Shown here piece after piece: positions 1-12,469 of a stretch of DNA of 64,000 bases. Under the pieces are notes generated by a model. The model was not told the origin of the DNA. It ran no database searches and was given only the letters and a program-made list of their open reading frames with translations. Every line of letters begins with the position of its first letter. Within the stretch, counting starts at the first letter, position 1. Both the position numbers and the translations under genes were made by a program. Source of the stretch: Eledone cirrhosa (taxonomy: Eukaryota); contig OZ024740.1 of assembly GCA_964016885.1 (NCBI GenBank), positions 200,012,001 through 200,076,000 of the forward strand, given 5' to 3'.

Positions 1-1590
1 GCTTCCATTTGCAGTATTGAGTGCATTCTTCCTCCATGTCTCCAAACTATTTCTAACAGTCGAATCTCATATTGAACGATTATTATACATGCATTTTATT
101 CTTGAAGGATCCATGTGACTCCCTTACACAATTGCCTGTATCTGGTCTTTGAACAACTTGTTTTCGTCCTTTATTCAGTTAATAAACACTGTTCAACCTG
201 CCTGACAGGCGTGATTCAATCATATACAGTACATGTTCGAACCTCCTCAGTTACTGTCTGTAAAGAGATGATTCCGTTTACTTTTATTGGTTCTATGGAG
301 GGTATTTGTGTGTGGAATCCTATCTCACCGGGTGACTTAAGGGATCTTCTGTAGACACTCTGAATAATAAAGGAATCAAAAATAGTAATACGTCGGCTGT
401 ATGTTGACCATGTCTCTATAAACAGGCTTTTATACATTTTATGAAGCTTTTAAAGCCGCTCCTCCTAAACAATCGCCTCACGTTTAATAGAAAATTTCTG
501 CGCATTCTGTGTTTCAATTTCCTTGCATGTGTGTAGGAACCGTAAGAAATTGGTTGCATGGGGTCTATGTCTCACACCCATACAAAGAAGTGGAAACAGA
601 AATTGCTCAATAGATGAACATTTCTCATGGAACTGAAGGTGATTGTTTAGCAATAGCGGCTTTCTAAACCTTCCATATTTTACTGAAGCCTGTTTGAAGT
701 GGTTTAGAATTTCTTCCTGTGTGCATTCATGTAATAGAATTGGGAGGATGTGATCAGTTGCTGGAGTTCAACAGAGAGATTGAGGAGGAGAGAAGCCAAT
801 TTAGTGTTTCATTTAATGAATCCACAGTTTTTAGGACGTGTTTAACCAATCCTTTTATGATATGTGAGTCCCGCTGAAATGGTGTCTTCAGTTTATGCTC
901 AGCGAAGTTATCAGTCCAATGAAATTCCACAATCGGTTTTTGAAGAGGGTCCCATCTGTTTGAAAAGTTATAGTGAATTCTCTCAACCTTTTCATCCTTC
1001 AATGAATGAATATCGTCAAACGAATGATACAGATATTAAACAATACAGATGCAAGAAAAAAGCCCGTCTTGGTTATTGCTATTACACTGAAGAGTTAAGA
1101 TACCGGCTCTACAATAAAAAACTCAGACTATCTGTGTGAATCTGACGTAGGAGTTTCACGAATTTGGAGCGGTCATCTTTCTGAGAACCTCCTACAGAGG
1201 GTCCCTGATTAATGTCTCGGAAGCGTTTGACATGTCTCTAAATGCAATGAAGAGGCCCTGCTTTTGATCCATGCATGTTTCTGCAATAAGAATTGTTCTT
1301 TAGCTACAGCCGAACCACGACCACAATGTTGACACTGGTGAGATGTTCAATATTGATAGGATCAACTTTTTAATTATAACTTTGGTCAGGAGCTTCCCTA
1401 CAATTGACATAAATGCTATCCCGCTTTTGTCTGAACATAACAATTTGTCTTTCTTTTTCTTGATGACAATGTTGGGATGCTTCCAGTGTTGGAGTATATA
1501 TTCTCAGTTCCATAATTCTGTGATGTAATTATGAAGCTTTCTTGTACAGAGGCAAACTTCTCCCTTCAATATATTCTCACATGAGTTACT
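1..1590 (-). pseudogene. Degenerate RTE-clade LINE reverse transcriptase remnant
   Basis: Minus-strand frames read KLHNYITELW..HWKHPNIV..GIAFMSIVGKLLTKVI..LFIAFRDMS and STSLYGCET*TP, matching RTE RT motifs; many stops and frameshifts. Confidence 0.75.
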
Positions 1591-2399
1591 GCTTCATGCA
1601 TACACACACGTTAATATGACACACGCACACACATACACACTCACTGACACACATAAATTCATGTAATGTATATACGAATATATGGCTTTTTTCAGCCTTT
1701 AGCAATACTTTTGCTAAGAATGTGTGTCTGTACGCACAGAAATGCTACTCATTTAGTTACACGTTTTGATTCAATTACAATATTGGTATCAATGATTTTT
1801 TGAGGTTTGATTTGGTTCATTTGCTCTCATTAAATCACTGCATTGTTGACAAATATTGGTGTTCGGTATAAAAGATTGTATGCAAAATATCATTGATTTT
1901 CTTATATATTTAATGTTATCTATTATTTTGAATATATTGTTTCATCATTATCTCCCGCACACATTTTCGTGTCACACTCCACTGCAGTGGAAATCATAAC
2001 ACGAACAACTACGTTTGAGCGAAAAACTTAAGGAAACGAAATAAATAGGGTTTATGGCTAATGAACATTTAAAATAAATTAGGAGCGATGAAGATAATAT
2101 AACATCCGGTAAAAGAAATATATCGCAAAATGTAAATATGAATTATGTACTAATTAAGAAAATAAATATTTATAAACCCACTGAATGGGAAAACAGATGA
2201 GTATTGACGTACATGGGACATCTTTGGTTTGCCGGAGCAATACCATACCATTACACCAACACTCCACCCATGCTTCCTTCCACACGTACGTATATGTATA
2301 TATGTATGTTTTGTATACATATATGTATATTAAATCAATATATACTTATATAATACGGGTGTATATATATATTTATCGCATATATGCATATATGGCCAA

Positions 2400-2477
<78 letters not shown>

Positions 2478-2478
2478 C

Positions 2479-2665
2479 GTTATGTAATAAACAACATAAG
2501 ATAATTATTTCATTTACCAGTGGTTTCTTGAAAGCAGATATATCTGTTTTCAGTCGTCAGACTGAATAAAACATGGTGTTCTTATTAAATATGGATTTGA
2601 AAAGAAAATATAAGACATATGAAAGTGAGGCTGAGGAAACAACGGGCGAAGAAGAAGGCAAAAAG

Positions 2666-2703
<38 letters not shown>

Positions 2704-3253
2704 TATTTTACTCTTTTAATCTGTTACCTGTTCCAACCACAAATAAACAAACATACACACACTCAACCACGTGCATATACTTAAAAGTTACGTAGAAATA
2801 TGCTGTCACATAAGCGTATATGTATCAACCGACATGGATAAAATACATATACATACATATACATGAAGTAATAAGAATAAATAAATAAATGAATAAGAAC
2901 AAAAAATATTCAAAGTCAAAAATAAAATAAAATAAAATAAAATAGACAGGATGCGCTTTGACAACGATAAGAGAGAGGATTAAAAAAATAAAAATATACA
3001 AATACACGAGGTGTGTAATTACATAAAAATACAGTTACTTTCATATTTGTAATATTTTGTTTTCACATCCATATTTAATAAAAAAAAAAATACCATGTTT
3101 TATTCATTCTGACGACTGAAAACAGATATATCTGCTTTCAAGAAACCACTGGGAAATGAAATAATTATCTTATGTTGTTTATTACATAACTAATAACCTC
3201 TGTAACCTACATAGAGTACTCCTTTCTCCTGCACCTTTCCGACGGAATTACTT
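2479..3253 (+). mobile_element. Hammerhead-bearing inverted-repeat element in (TA)n
   Basis: Arms 2479-2577 and 3092-3190 are reverse complements; right arm ttcatt-CTGACGA-stem II-GAAA-ccactgg..aatgaa (3103-3160); left arm keeps the GTA triplet; unpaired tail 3191-3253. Confidence 0.75.
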
Positions 3254-3302
3254 ATATATTATACTATATTTATATATATATATATATATATATATTATAC
3301 TA

Positions 3303-3645
3303 TAAAATAAAGTTAAATAAAAAGTCAAGTCATTAAAATTTAGCTTCGTTTATTACTGCTATATATATTTCAGTGACAAGCATTTTTGGCTGTGACCTCT
3401 TCAGGCAGTTTTAATTATGGTATAGACAAGTACATACTTGTCTATACCATACTAATACAAACTGCCTGAAGAGGTCACAGCCAAAGATGGCTGTCACTGA
3501 AATATATATAGCAGTAATAAACGAAGCTAAATTTTAAACTTTATTTTACACTACTCCGGAGTAACCAAACCAACCTGCGCAGTTCGTCGAGTGCTCCAGC
3601 CTGCATACTGAGGTGTTGGTATACAAGCAACATAAACTCAAAATC
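3303..3645 (+). mobile_element. Palindromic hammerhead element (second copy at 48001-48280)
   Basis: Fold-back centred near 3432; actgc-CTGAAGA-ggtcacagccaaagatggctgtcact-GAAA-tatata-TA-gcagt at 3461-3515; tail to 3645; TA flanks. Confidence 0.85.
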
Positions 3646-3675
3646 TATATTATACTATATATATATATATATATA

Positions 3676-4150
3676 TACAATATTAAATAAATGGAAAACT
3701 ATATTTATAAAACCATATTTATTTCATTATATATATTTCGGGGATATCATATTAACAATATGCTATGCCTTCATCAGACAAAATACAATATAAACAGTTT
3801 TATAGATAAATATATTCGACATACCGTAATAAACATCAACTTCATTTGAAGAGGTTCACTCTAGCAGTGAAAATACAGAGAGAAAGAAAGAGAGAGAGAA
3901 AAGAGGGAAATAAGAAAGAAAGAAAGACAAAACGAAGAAAAGGAAGAAAAAGAAGAAAAAGAAGAAATGCATGGGACAAAATAGAGAGATGGAAAAATAG
4001 ATAAAGCGAAGAGCTTCATGTAAAGAGACCGAAAGATATATATATATATATAGAGAGAGAGAGGAAATAGAGATAGATACATATATAAATATAGATATAG
4101 AAAAATTAGGTAGTGGGAGGTCATTTTGAGTAAGTGTATCAATGATGCAT

Positions 4151-4185
<35 letters not shown>

Positions 4186-5329
4186 GCTCAAGTATTAATG
4201 TAAGGGAGATATAGAGAGATATAGAGAGATATATAGAGAGAGAAAAATTTAAAAATAGCCAGACATATTCGAGGCGTAGAAAACCCTATGTTTTAATGTA
4301 TTAGTATTTATAAAACTTACACTATATTGTAAATATCAGTATTCCTGAATGAAACAAGTATTCACAATGCGTGAAAATTCATTATCTTATGTTTAGTTTT
4401 TTAAAAAAATTCATATGTCTATGTGAATCCAACTGATTCACTCCGCAAATTCAAAGTTACCGGAAAACATTCTCAATGTGGTATAAACATTTGAGCGTAT
4501 TATTATTCTTGCGATTACTCTACAAGATTATCTATCAAGCAGAAATAGAGAGCAGATTTCAATATACTAATCGAAAATATATATTATATTATAAGCAGAG
4601 ATAACAATAATAATGATAATAAGTAAAAATATATAAAAATATAAAAATATAGAATAGAAAACTAAAAAAGAATATTACGAAAGAATATTACATAATAAAA
4701 ATATTGCATATTAAAAATACTACGTATTAAAAATATTACGTATTAAAACTTTACATATAAAAATATTAAAAATATTAAAAATATTAAAAATAAAAATTTA
4801 CATATAAAAAAAAAAAAAAAAATTTACATATAAAAATATTAAAAATAAAAATTAAATAAAATAAAAAATAAAAATATAAAAATATTATAGAATACTACAA
4901 TACTAAAAGAATAAAAATAAAAATACAAATAAAAATAAAAATAAAAATAAAAATAAAAATAAAAATAAAAATGAAAATAAAAAATAAACCACAAAGAACA
5001 ACCCTTCAAGGTTAATTGACAATATATTGCCAAGTTCACTACAAGACAAAGCCAAAAATTATCTATCAAATCACATCTAGCAAGGAATATCGCAAAAAAA
5101 GATTATGATGTCCAATAATGTCTACATATGTTCCTATATTTAATATATAAGTTTATCAAGTGTAAGGTTAATTCAGAAAATTTGTATTACTAATTATATG
5201 TAATGTTTCTTCTCTCTTCATAATGCACTAGGGTTTTCTACGCCTCGAATATGTCTGGCTATTTTTAAATTTTTCTCTCTCTATATCTCTCTATATCTCT
5301 CTATATCTCCCTTACATTAATACTTGAGC

Positions 5330-5364
<35 letters not shown>

Positions 5365-5923
5365 ATGCATCATTGATACACTTACTCAAAATGACCTCCC
5401 ACTACCTAATTTTTCTATATCTATATTTATATATGTATCTATCTCTATTTCCTCTCTCTCTCTATATATATATATATATCTTTCGGTCTCTTTACATGAA
5501 GCTCTTCGCTTTATCTATTTTTCCATCTCTCTATTTTGTCCCATGCATTTCTTCTTTTTCTTCTTTTTCTTCCTTTTCTTCGTTTTGTCTTTCTTTCTTT
5601 CTTATTTCCCTCTTTTCTCTCTCTCTTTCTTTCTCTCTGTATTTTCACTGCTAGAGTGAACCTCTTCAAATGAAGTTGATGTTTATTACGGTATGTCGAA
5701 TATATTTATCTATAAAACTGTTTATATTGTATTTTGTCTGATGAAGGCATAGCATATTGTTAATATGATATCCCCGAAATATATATAATGAAATAAATAT
5801 GGTTTTATAAATATAGTTTTCCATTTATTTAATATTGTAAATATACTCCAAGTATTTGTTGAGTGCTTTTATATCAGTTATAAATATTTACTAGTTGTAA
5901 CCCAACAATTTTAAATATAACTT

Positions 5924-5925
<2 letters not shown>
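3676..5925 (+). mobile_element. Large inverted repeat (about 610 bp arms) with hammerhead, PLE pseudo-LTR-like
   Basis: 3676-4288 is the reverse complement of 5229-5839 (same 93-aa ORF appears on both strands); hammerhead tattttgt-CTGATGA..GAAA-tatata-TA-atgaaata at 5730-5795; tail 5840-5925. Confidence 0.85.
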
Positions 5926-5960
<35 letters not shown>

Positions 5961-6106
5961 TTATATATATATGCATATATACATATATATATATACGTAA
6001 AACATACACATACATAAAAACATTCACACACACACATATATATATAACTCACTGTGTGTGTATATATATATATATATATGTGTGTATATATATATGTGTA
6101 TATATA

Positions 6107-6185
<79 letters not shown>

Positions 6186-6281
6186 GCTAATATGTAGATC
6201 TGACTGACCAGGTTGTCTGCTAATATGCAAACCAGTCCGATCAGTCACTGTATATTTTCACTAGCTCTGACAGCTAAACAG

Positions 6282-7182
6282 CCTCCGTGGTATTTTTTTT
6301 CAGTGTTATAAGGGGCTTAGTTCTGTTTCCTGACCGATGTATCACGTGATTGACTCTCCCTCCGCCTTTTCGAGATTCTATCTCGCGCATTGCAGTCGTG
6401 TTTTGAAATCCTTAATGAGGTATCCCCTTGATAAGTCGGCAGAACCTCACAAAAACTCTATATCTCTATGATCTAGTGTTTTTGCATAATATGACACGAA
6501 ACTACATAGTCGGGGACTGAAGAACCAGCTAGGTATGATATATCTTATTACTAATTATATGTAATGTTTCTTCTCTCTTCATAATGCACTTTATAGCTCT
6601 GATACTGAATCAGTCTAATCCATTCGGATATTTCTGTCCCAGTTATTCATAGAGCAACATTGGTTGAGGTTGGCACCACTAACACAGGGATATGTGTGGA
6701 TATATTCATGTATATGTATGTGTCCGCATGTATCGGTGTGTTTCTCTCTATATATTGTTTATAACTCCCTTTGGTCGAGTAACCTTTGAAGTGTAGTGAC
6801 TGCTGGATAGCTACCATTACTCATAATTCTCGCATCCTCAAACCACTTCTTCTACGACTTTGATATGAATACCCCTCCACCTCCGTGGTATTTTTTTCAG
6901 GGTTATAAGGGGCTTAGCTCTGTTTCTTGACCGCTGTATCACGTGATTGACTCTCTCTCCGCCTTTTCGAGATTCTATCTCGCGCATTGCAGACGTGTTT
7001 TGAAATCCTTAATGAGGTATCCCCTTGATAAGTCGGCAGACCCTCACAAAGACTCTATATCTCTATGATCTAGTGTTTTTGCATAATATGCCACGAAACT
7101 AAGTAGTCGGGGTTTGAAGAACCAGCTAGGTATGATATATCGTATTACTAATTATATGTAATGTTTCTTCTCTCTTCATAAT

Positions 7183-7187
<5 letters not shown>
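6282..7187 (+). repeat. Direct repeat of about 310 bp, each copy with a degenerate hammerhead (retrozyme or tandem pLTR-like)
   Basis: 6282-6590 matches 6880-7187; tcccc-TTGATAA-long stem II-GAAA-ctacatag-TC-gggga at 6423-6516. Confidence 0.7.
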
Positions 7188-7232
<45 letters not shown>

Positions 7233-7233
7233 T

Positions 7234-7610
7234 GTACATACTAATGTTTCTGGGTGAATACCATACATCAGTACGGTATAGTGTCAAAGCTAGTGAAAAT
7301 ATATGATATTTTCTAAAATATAGAATGACTGATCGGCCTGATTTGCATATTAGCAGAATGCCTGATCACTCAGGTCTACATATTAGCATACCCAATGATA
7401 ACCATATTTGCATATCAGCAGAAAAACCAGTCGGGCTCAAGTATACGAGTGATTAATGGCCGATTTGCGATATTCAAATATAGTATGTATATAATCAGTT
7501 GTATACTTGAGCCTAACTGGTTTATCTGCTGATATACAAATATGGCTGATCATTGGGTACGCTAATATGTAGATCTGACTGACCAGGCAGTCTGCTAATA
7601 TGCAAACCAG
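7234..7610 (-). mobile_element. Fold-back element with repeated ATTTGCATAT motifs and a degenerate hammerhead
   Basis: Arms about 7337-7456 and 7492-7610; related segment at 6190-6275; minus strand gta-CTGATGT-atggtattcaccca-GAAA-cattag-TA at 7234-7276. Confidence 0.55.
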
Positions 7611-7990
7611 TATACATACATACTTATATTTAAGTAAGTGCCGTACTAAGAGTGAGAAATGAAATTTCGTTTCCATTCTATTACAACTTATCGTTTTCGG
7701 TGCGCCTGGCCGACTGAACTCACTCGATATGCAAATTAGGCTGCTCAGCCGTTAATTTTCATAAGGAAAGTATATACTTTCGAACGTTCAACCATCTGGC
7801 AGAAGGGCATACGGTGGTGATGATAGCTAAGAAGCTTGAAACTAGTACATCGTTCCTGTGTCAGTGTTGAACAAAAAGGTGACGTGGTTGCCTTAACACC
7901 GTACGGCATAAATTCAGGCTGCCCGCTTGTTTACAAACGGACAAAGCGGGCGTTATAATAAACGTCCGCTAAACTGATACGTACATATAT
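7610..7990 (+). mobile_element. Interspersed hammerhead-bearing repeat (copies on minus strand at 49370-49950 and 50082-50615)
   Basis: Near-identical to the 49.4-50.5 kb copies; acggtg-GTGATGA-tagctaagaagctt-GAAA-ctag-TA-catcgt at 7811-7853. Confidence 0.75.
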
Positions 7991-8027
7991 GTATGTGTAC
8001 CTGTATGTATATATATATATGTATATA

Positions 8028-8081
<54 letters not shown>

Positions 8082-8153
8082 TGCTACTGTATGTCTGTAT
8101 ACATATATGTATGTACGTATACATACATACTTACATTTATATGTATATATATG

Positions 8154-8184
<31 letters not shown>

Positions 8185-8407
8185 CATATATATATACATA
8201 CATACATATATGTGTATATACACACACACATATATATTTATATATACATACATATATGTGTATATACATACATACATACATACATATATGTGTATATACA
8301 TATATATACATACATTATATATTTATATATATATATATATCTATATATACATACAGACATCATATATGTGTATATACATATATGTGTATATATATATATA
8401 TATGATA

Positions 8408-8945
8408 TATACGAGAATATATAGTTTTCGCGTATGTGTAAATGAGGTGATTAATCTCATTTGCATATGAAGATGCATAAGTTGGCTCAACTTATAATAA
8501 AAAAGAAATAGGATTTCACCTCAAGCATGGCTTTATACAATATGTAAAAATATTTCGTCGTCTCCAAAGAAATACGGTTTTAGGAAGCCCTAGCTATGCA
8601 AACACCGGGGTGGGGGGCTACAACTTATGCAGCTTCATATGCAAATGAGATTAATCACCTCATTTACACAGACGAGAAAACTATATATTCTCGCCTCTCT
8701 TCTAGTCCAGCAGTCGCAAGCGGTGGGAGGAGCGTGCTGACGATGGCCAGTTAAGCATGAAATGCAGAGACGGTTGTCCCCCTTGCTTATGCTGGACATC
8801 ACCAGAGGGCGTTAGCCCCCCCCCCCCCACCCGGTGTTTGCATAGCTATGGCTTCCTAAAACCGTATTTCTTCGGAGTTACCAAATATTTATACATATTG
8901 TATAGAGCTATGCTTGAAGCGAAATCCTATTTCTTTTATATATAT
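8408..8945 (+). mobile_element. Interleaved inverted-repeat element; family also at 46575-46820, 49035-49245 and 51172-51360
   Basis: 8493-8610 pairs with 8831-8945 and 8410-8484 pairs with 8620-8693; CTGACGA..GAAA at 8737-8762 precedes the shared 3' segment. Confidence 0.65.
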
Positions 8946-8959
8946 ATATATATCTATAT

Positions 8960-9485
8960 ATCAAGTAAAAGTAACGGAGCAAAGGACTCGCGTATAATCT
9001 TGTAATTAAATGAGCTCAAAGGAAATAGTTTCCTGGGCACTTTAAAATACAATATATAGAGGGGAAAGACACAGAAGAGTGTGTTTTTCATTACAGGAAT
9101 TTCAAACCACCAGCGTGAAGAGAATATAAGCTACTAGAGGCATTGGTAAAACATTAAAATTAAAAGTATAAATTAAAATGAGAAACCATCCTCACCTAAA
9201 TCACACATGTACACACTCACCAGGAGCATGTTTCGGCATGTAGTATTGCGGGCAAGATCGGCCTTCCACATGCTGATGACCCACCGGCGAACCCACTAAA
9301 ATGGCGAAACATGCTCCTGGTTAGTGTGTACATGTGTGATTTATGTGAGGATTGTTTCTCATTTCAATTTATACTTTTAATTTTAATGTTTTACCAATGC
9401 CTCTAGTAGCTTATATTAATTCACGCTGGTGGTTTGAAATTCCTGTAATGAAAAACACACTCTTCTGTGTCTTTCCCCTCTATAT

Positions 9486-9492
<7 letters not shown>
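8960..9492. mobile_element. Palindromic element with a full type I hammerhead
   Basis: Arms about 9048-9239 and 9301-9492; TA flanks; unpaired segment 8960-9047. Confidence 0.85.
9267..9336 (+). ncRNA. Type I hammerhead ribozyme with intact core and stable stem III
   Basis: cacatg-CTGATGA-cccaccggcgaacccactaaaatggc-GAAA-catgctcctggttagtgtg-TA-catgtg; stem I 6 bp, stem III acatgct/agtgtgt, GTA triplet. Confidence 0.85.
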
Positions 9493-9536
<44 letters not shown>

Positions 9537-9543
9537 GCATGTT

Positions 9544-9609
<66 letters not shown>

Positions 9610-9619
<10 letters not shown>

Positions 9620-9870
9620 TGTAGTTCCTGTCTGTTTGTTTGTTTGTTCACGAACGAACGAACTCCTATGATTTTGGAGATAGACCCCCATAACCATATA
9701 TATTCTGAAACTACATTGCCCAGGGCACTTGGTTAAATATATTTCATTTTAATCAAAGGGTTTCCCGGGAGCACAAACCCTGCTGAAATATTTTTCCCTT
9801 CCATTTATATGAAATTTAAACCATAGGTAAATGACAAGACACCCTAATGAGGGTTAAACCACCTATAGTG
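9610..9870 (+). mobile_element. Possible non-autonomous Helitron-like element
   Basis: Starts tataaagttgtag then (gttt)n; ends with hairpin accc-taatga-gggt and ctatagt, resembling a CTAG-type 3' end. Confidence 0.35.
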
Positions 9871-10016
9871 AACATTTCGGAAGCATAAATAAAATAATGC
9901 TTTACAGAAAAATGAAATGATCAAGTTTTGAATTGATATTTTGAAAAAAATATATTTACAAGAAACAAAATAAGAATACGATTTAATAATGTAATTTTGA
10001 TTTGATATATTACGAA

Positions 10017-10207
10017 AAATAATTGTTTCTGCTTTTGGCACAAGGCCAGCAATTACCCAGTGCATTACTGGTACTTTATTTTATCGACCCCGTAAGGATG
10101 AAAGGCAAAGTCAACCTCGGCGGGATTTGAACTCAGATCGTAAAGGGACGTAACTATGCTTGAAAGCATGGCGTCCGACCCTCTACCGATACTGCCAATC
10201 CACCGCC
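10017..10207 (-). mobile_element. tRNA-derived SINE with Meta-type central domain
   Basis: Minus strand: A-box-like tggcagtatcgg, B-box gagttcaaatccc, then gcctttcatccttacggggtcgataaaataaagtaccag; near-identical copy at 58070-58256. Confidence 0.8.
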
Positions 10208-10319
10208 GAAAAATAATGTTTTCCAATTTGTCATGCATTACATTTACATTGAATTTTTCTTAAAATAAAATTATATTAAATTCCTTTTTTTGCTTTAAAC
10301 CTCCAGAAATTGTATTTAC

Positions 10320-10397
10320 ATATTTAATAACATGGCCCTCCGCCATGAGACTGCATAGCTGTTTGGCCCTCTCTCTCCAAAAGGTAGCCGAACCCTG
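10320..10397. mobile_element. hAT-like MITE terminus
   Basis: tggccctc repeats ending aaaaggtagccgaaccctg, resembling a CAGGGGTCGGC-type TIR; other end not located. Confidence 0.35.
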
Positions 10398-11889
10398 GTC
10401 TAAACGGACACCAGGAAGCATCGCGCCTGGTGCATTAATAATTCTGCCACACTAACGGATCTAGTTATTACGTTATTTCATCGATCGTAAAATGTTATGC
10501 AGCAAAATTGAACTGTGCGTTATATTAATATATAGCATAGATAGGCGGAACAAAAGTGTAAAATTCATTTAATCGGGAAGATTTACCTCTCATATTTCTT
10601 GCAATATTGTCAATGCATATTCACACATGCTGTGTAGTAATGAGTTATTGAGTAGTGTCTATTATATAATTAAACCTGATCTGTAAATAGCGAGAGGGTG
10701 GTATTTAATTCAATGACTTGATTGTATATGAAGATATGATAACGCTACTAATTTATGTTCATAAACTCTAGAAGGATTTACTTATTAGCACAATTTGTTG
10801 ATACTACATATTATAGTTGGGTTGCCATCAACTGATAAAATACGCAACAGGTACGTTACACATAAAAACACACATACATATGCACACGCACACGAACATA
10901 TACACATACACGAACATTGTGTCTCTCTCTCACCCTCTGTCATATATATCTATATATATATATATCAATATATGTAAAGACGTGTGTGTGTTTTCTTCTC
11001 TTCCCATGATATTCTATTACAAGAATTATTATCTCCAGTAAAAGTGCAAACAACTATATGTTGTCGGTGTCTGTGAGTATACATTTTCCTCCCCCCACCT
11101 ATACATTATATATATATAGAAAGAGATAAACAGAGAAAACCGAAGTTGTGTTTGCAGTCAAATATTTACAGATATTCCAGAATATATGTACCTAACATTG
11201 TTTGTATATGTCTCATTCACTGGGGGCTATTGCTTCCATTAATTAATTACAAATCGTTCTTTATGTGGAAATTTATATATATATATATAAAACGTTGCGT
11301 TTTCCATTACACTGGGTTAGAACATGTTAGGTTGAAACGACTCACATTCTATGATTGATTATAAGGAAGGTGTAACAAAATAGGAGAATAAGAAAAGAAA
11401 ACGAGGCTTTTGTAAGCCTTGATGAAATGATATATATACAACCTGTAAGTTCGTCTCCAGTGCGTATGAGTGCTATTCGTGGAGCGAGATTGTTTTGGTA
11501 TTTAGTGGAATAACGTAATATGATCTATTCAACATTCAAACGATTCTGGCAATCCACTAAGTAACGAAGAATTGACCAAGTTTCTGTTGTTGTTTAGGCG
11601 TACGTTAACCGTAACAAACAAATTACGTGACTGAAAGAAGTCCTGCAATTATTATCTCGACGTCGGGTGGATGTAGTGACAAAATTCCATTACAGAATAT
11701 CTTGTACAATCCTTAATCTTGTGGGGTTTCATGTGAAAGATATTTGGTTATAAATTCTTGCATTGGTCCATATAGTTAATATATAAATTAAGATTCTTCG
11801 GTTACAGTAAAAATTACAAATCTTTAAGCTCACGTATATATGCTGACTGGTGGGTTTGTATGTATTGTATGTGATTGATTGGCTAAACT

Positions 11890-12090
11890 ATGAAAACGTT
11901 GGAAAAATGGTTTGTGGTATTTGTTCCGGCTATTCATTTTCAAATACCTTCGGAATGAACTTTGCCTCTTCTACTTCCAGTGTCAATACAATAAATTATC
12001 AGTAAAGTAATGGAGTCGATATAGTCGATATTACACCATCCTTAACTAAAAACAAATAGTTGGCGTTCTCCCTAAAATACAAACCTTTAT
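11890..12090 (+). mobile_element. Old, diverged Meta-type SINE
   Basis: ttcaaatacc..gaactttgcctcttctacttccagtgtcaatacaataaattatcagt aligns with the 10017-10207 family. Confidence 0.45.
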
Positions 12091-12469
12091 TTGTAGAATA
12101 TTAATGAATATATGGATGTTGCTAGAAAGTTAGGCTTCTATGAGTCTTGGGCTTCTCTATTCTGTAGGTGATTTAAAACGGTATCTATTTTCTTTTTTAA
12201 TTCTTGATTTACCAATTTCTAAGTACCAAGATTGGTCTGTTGAAAATAATAAAAAAAATACAGTCACTAATTGAAGAAGTGGCACTCCTTCCATAAAATA
12301 TGGAATACGGTAGAGCAAAAAAAAAAAATTCGTATTAAAAGCATACATTGATCTACTTTGCTATCAGATTAAGTTTATATTTTTAATCGCTGGATAGAAC
12401 ACTTTGATGTGCATCATAATGCTATTGACTCAGTTTGTTTAATGTTGGAAATCTTTGAACTTTGACGAG

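Noticed and set aside
3861-5654. Identical 93-aa ORF on both strands
   Set aside because: By-product of the inverted repeat over low-complexity sequence
10017-10207. tRNA gene
   Set aside because: A/B boxes are present but there is no cloverleaf, and it continues into a SINE body with several copies
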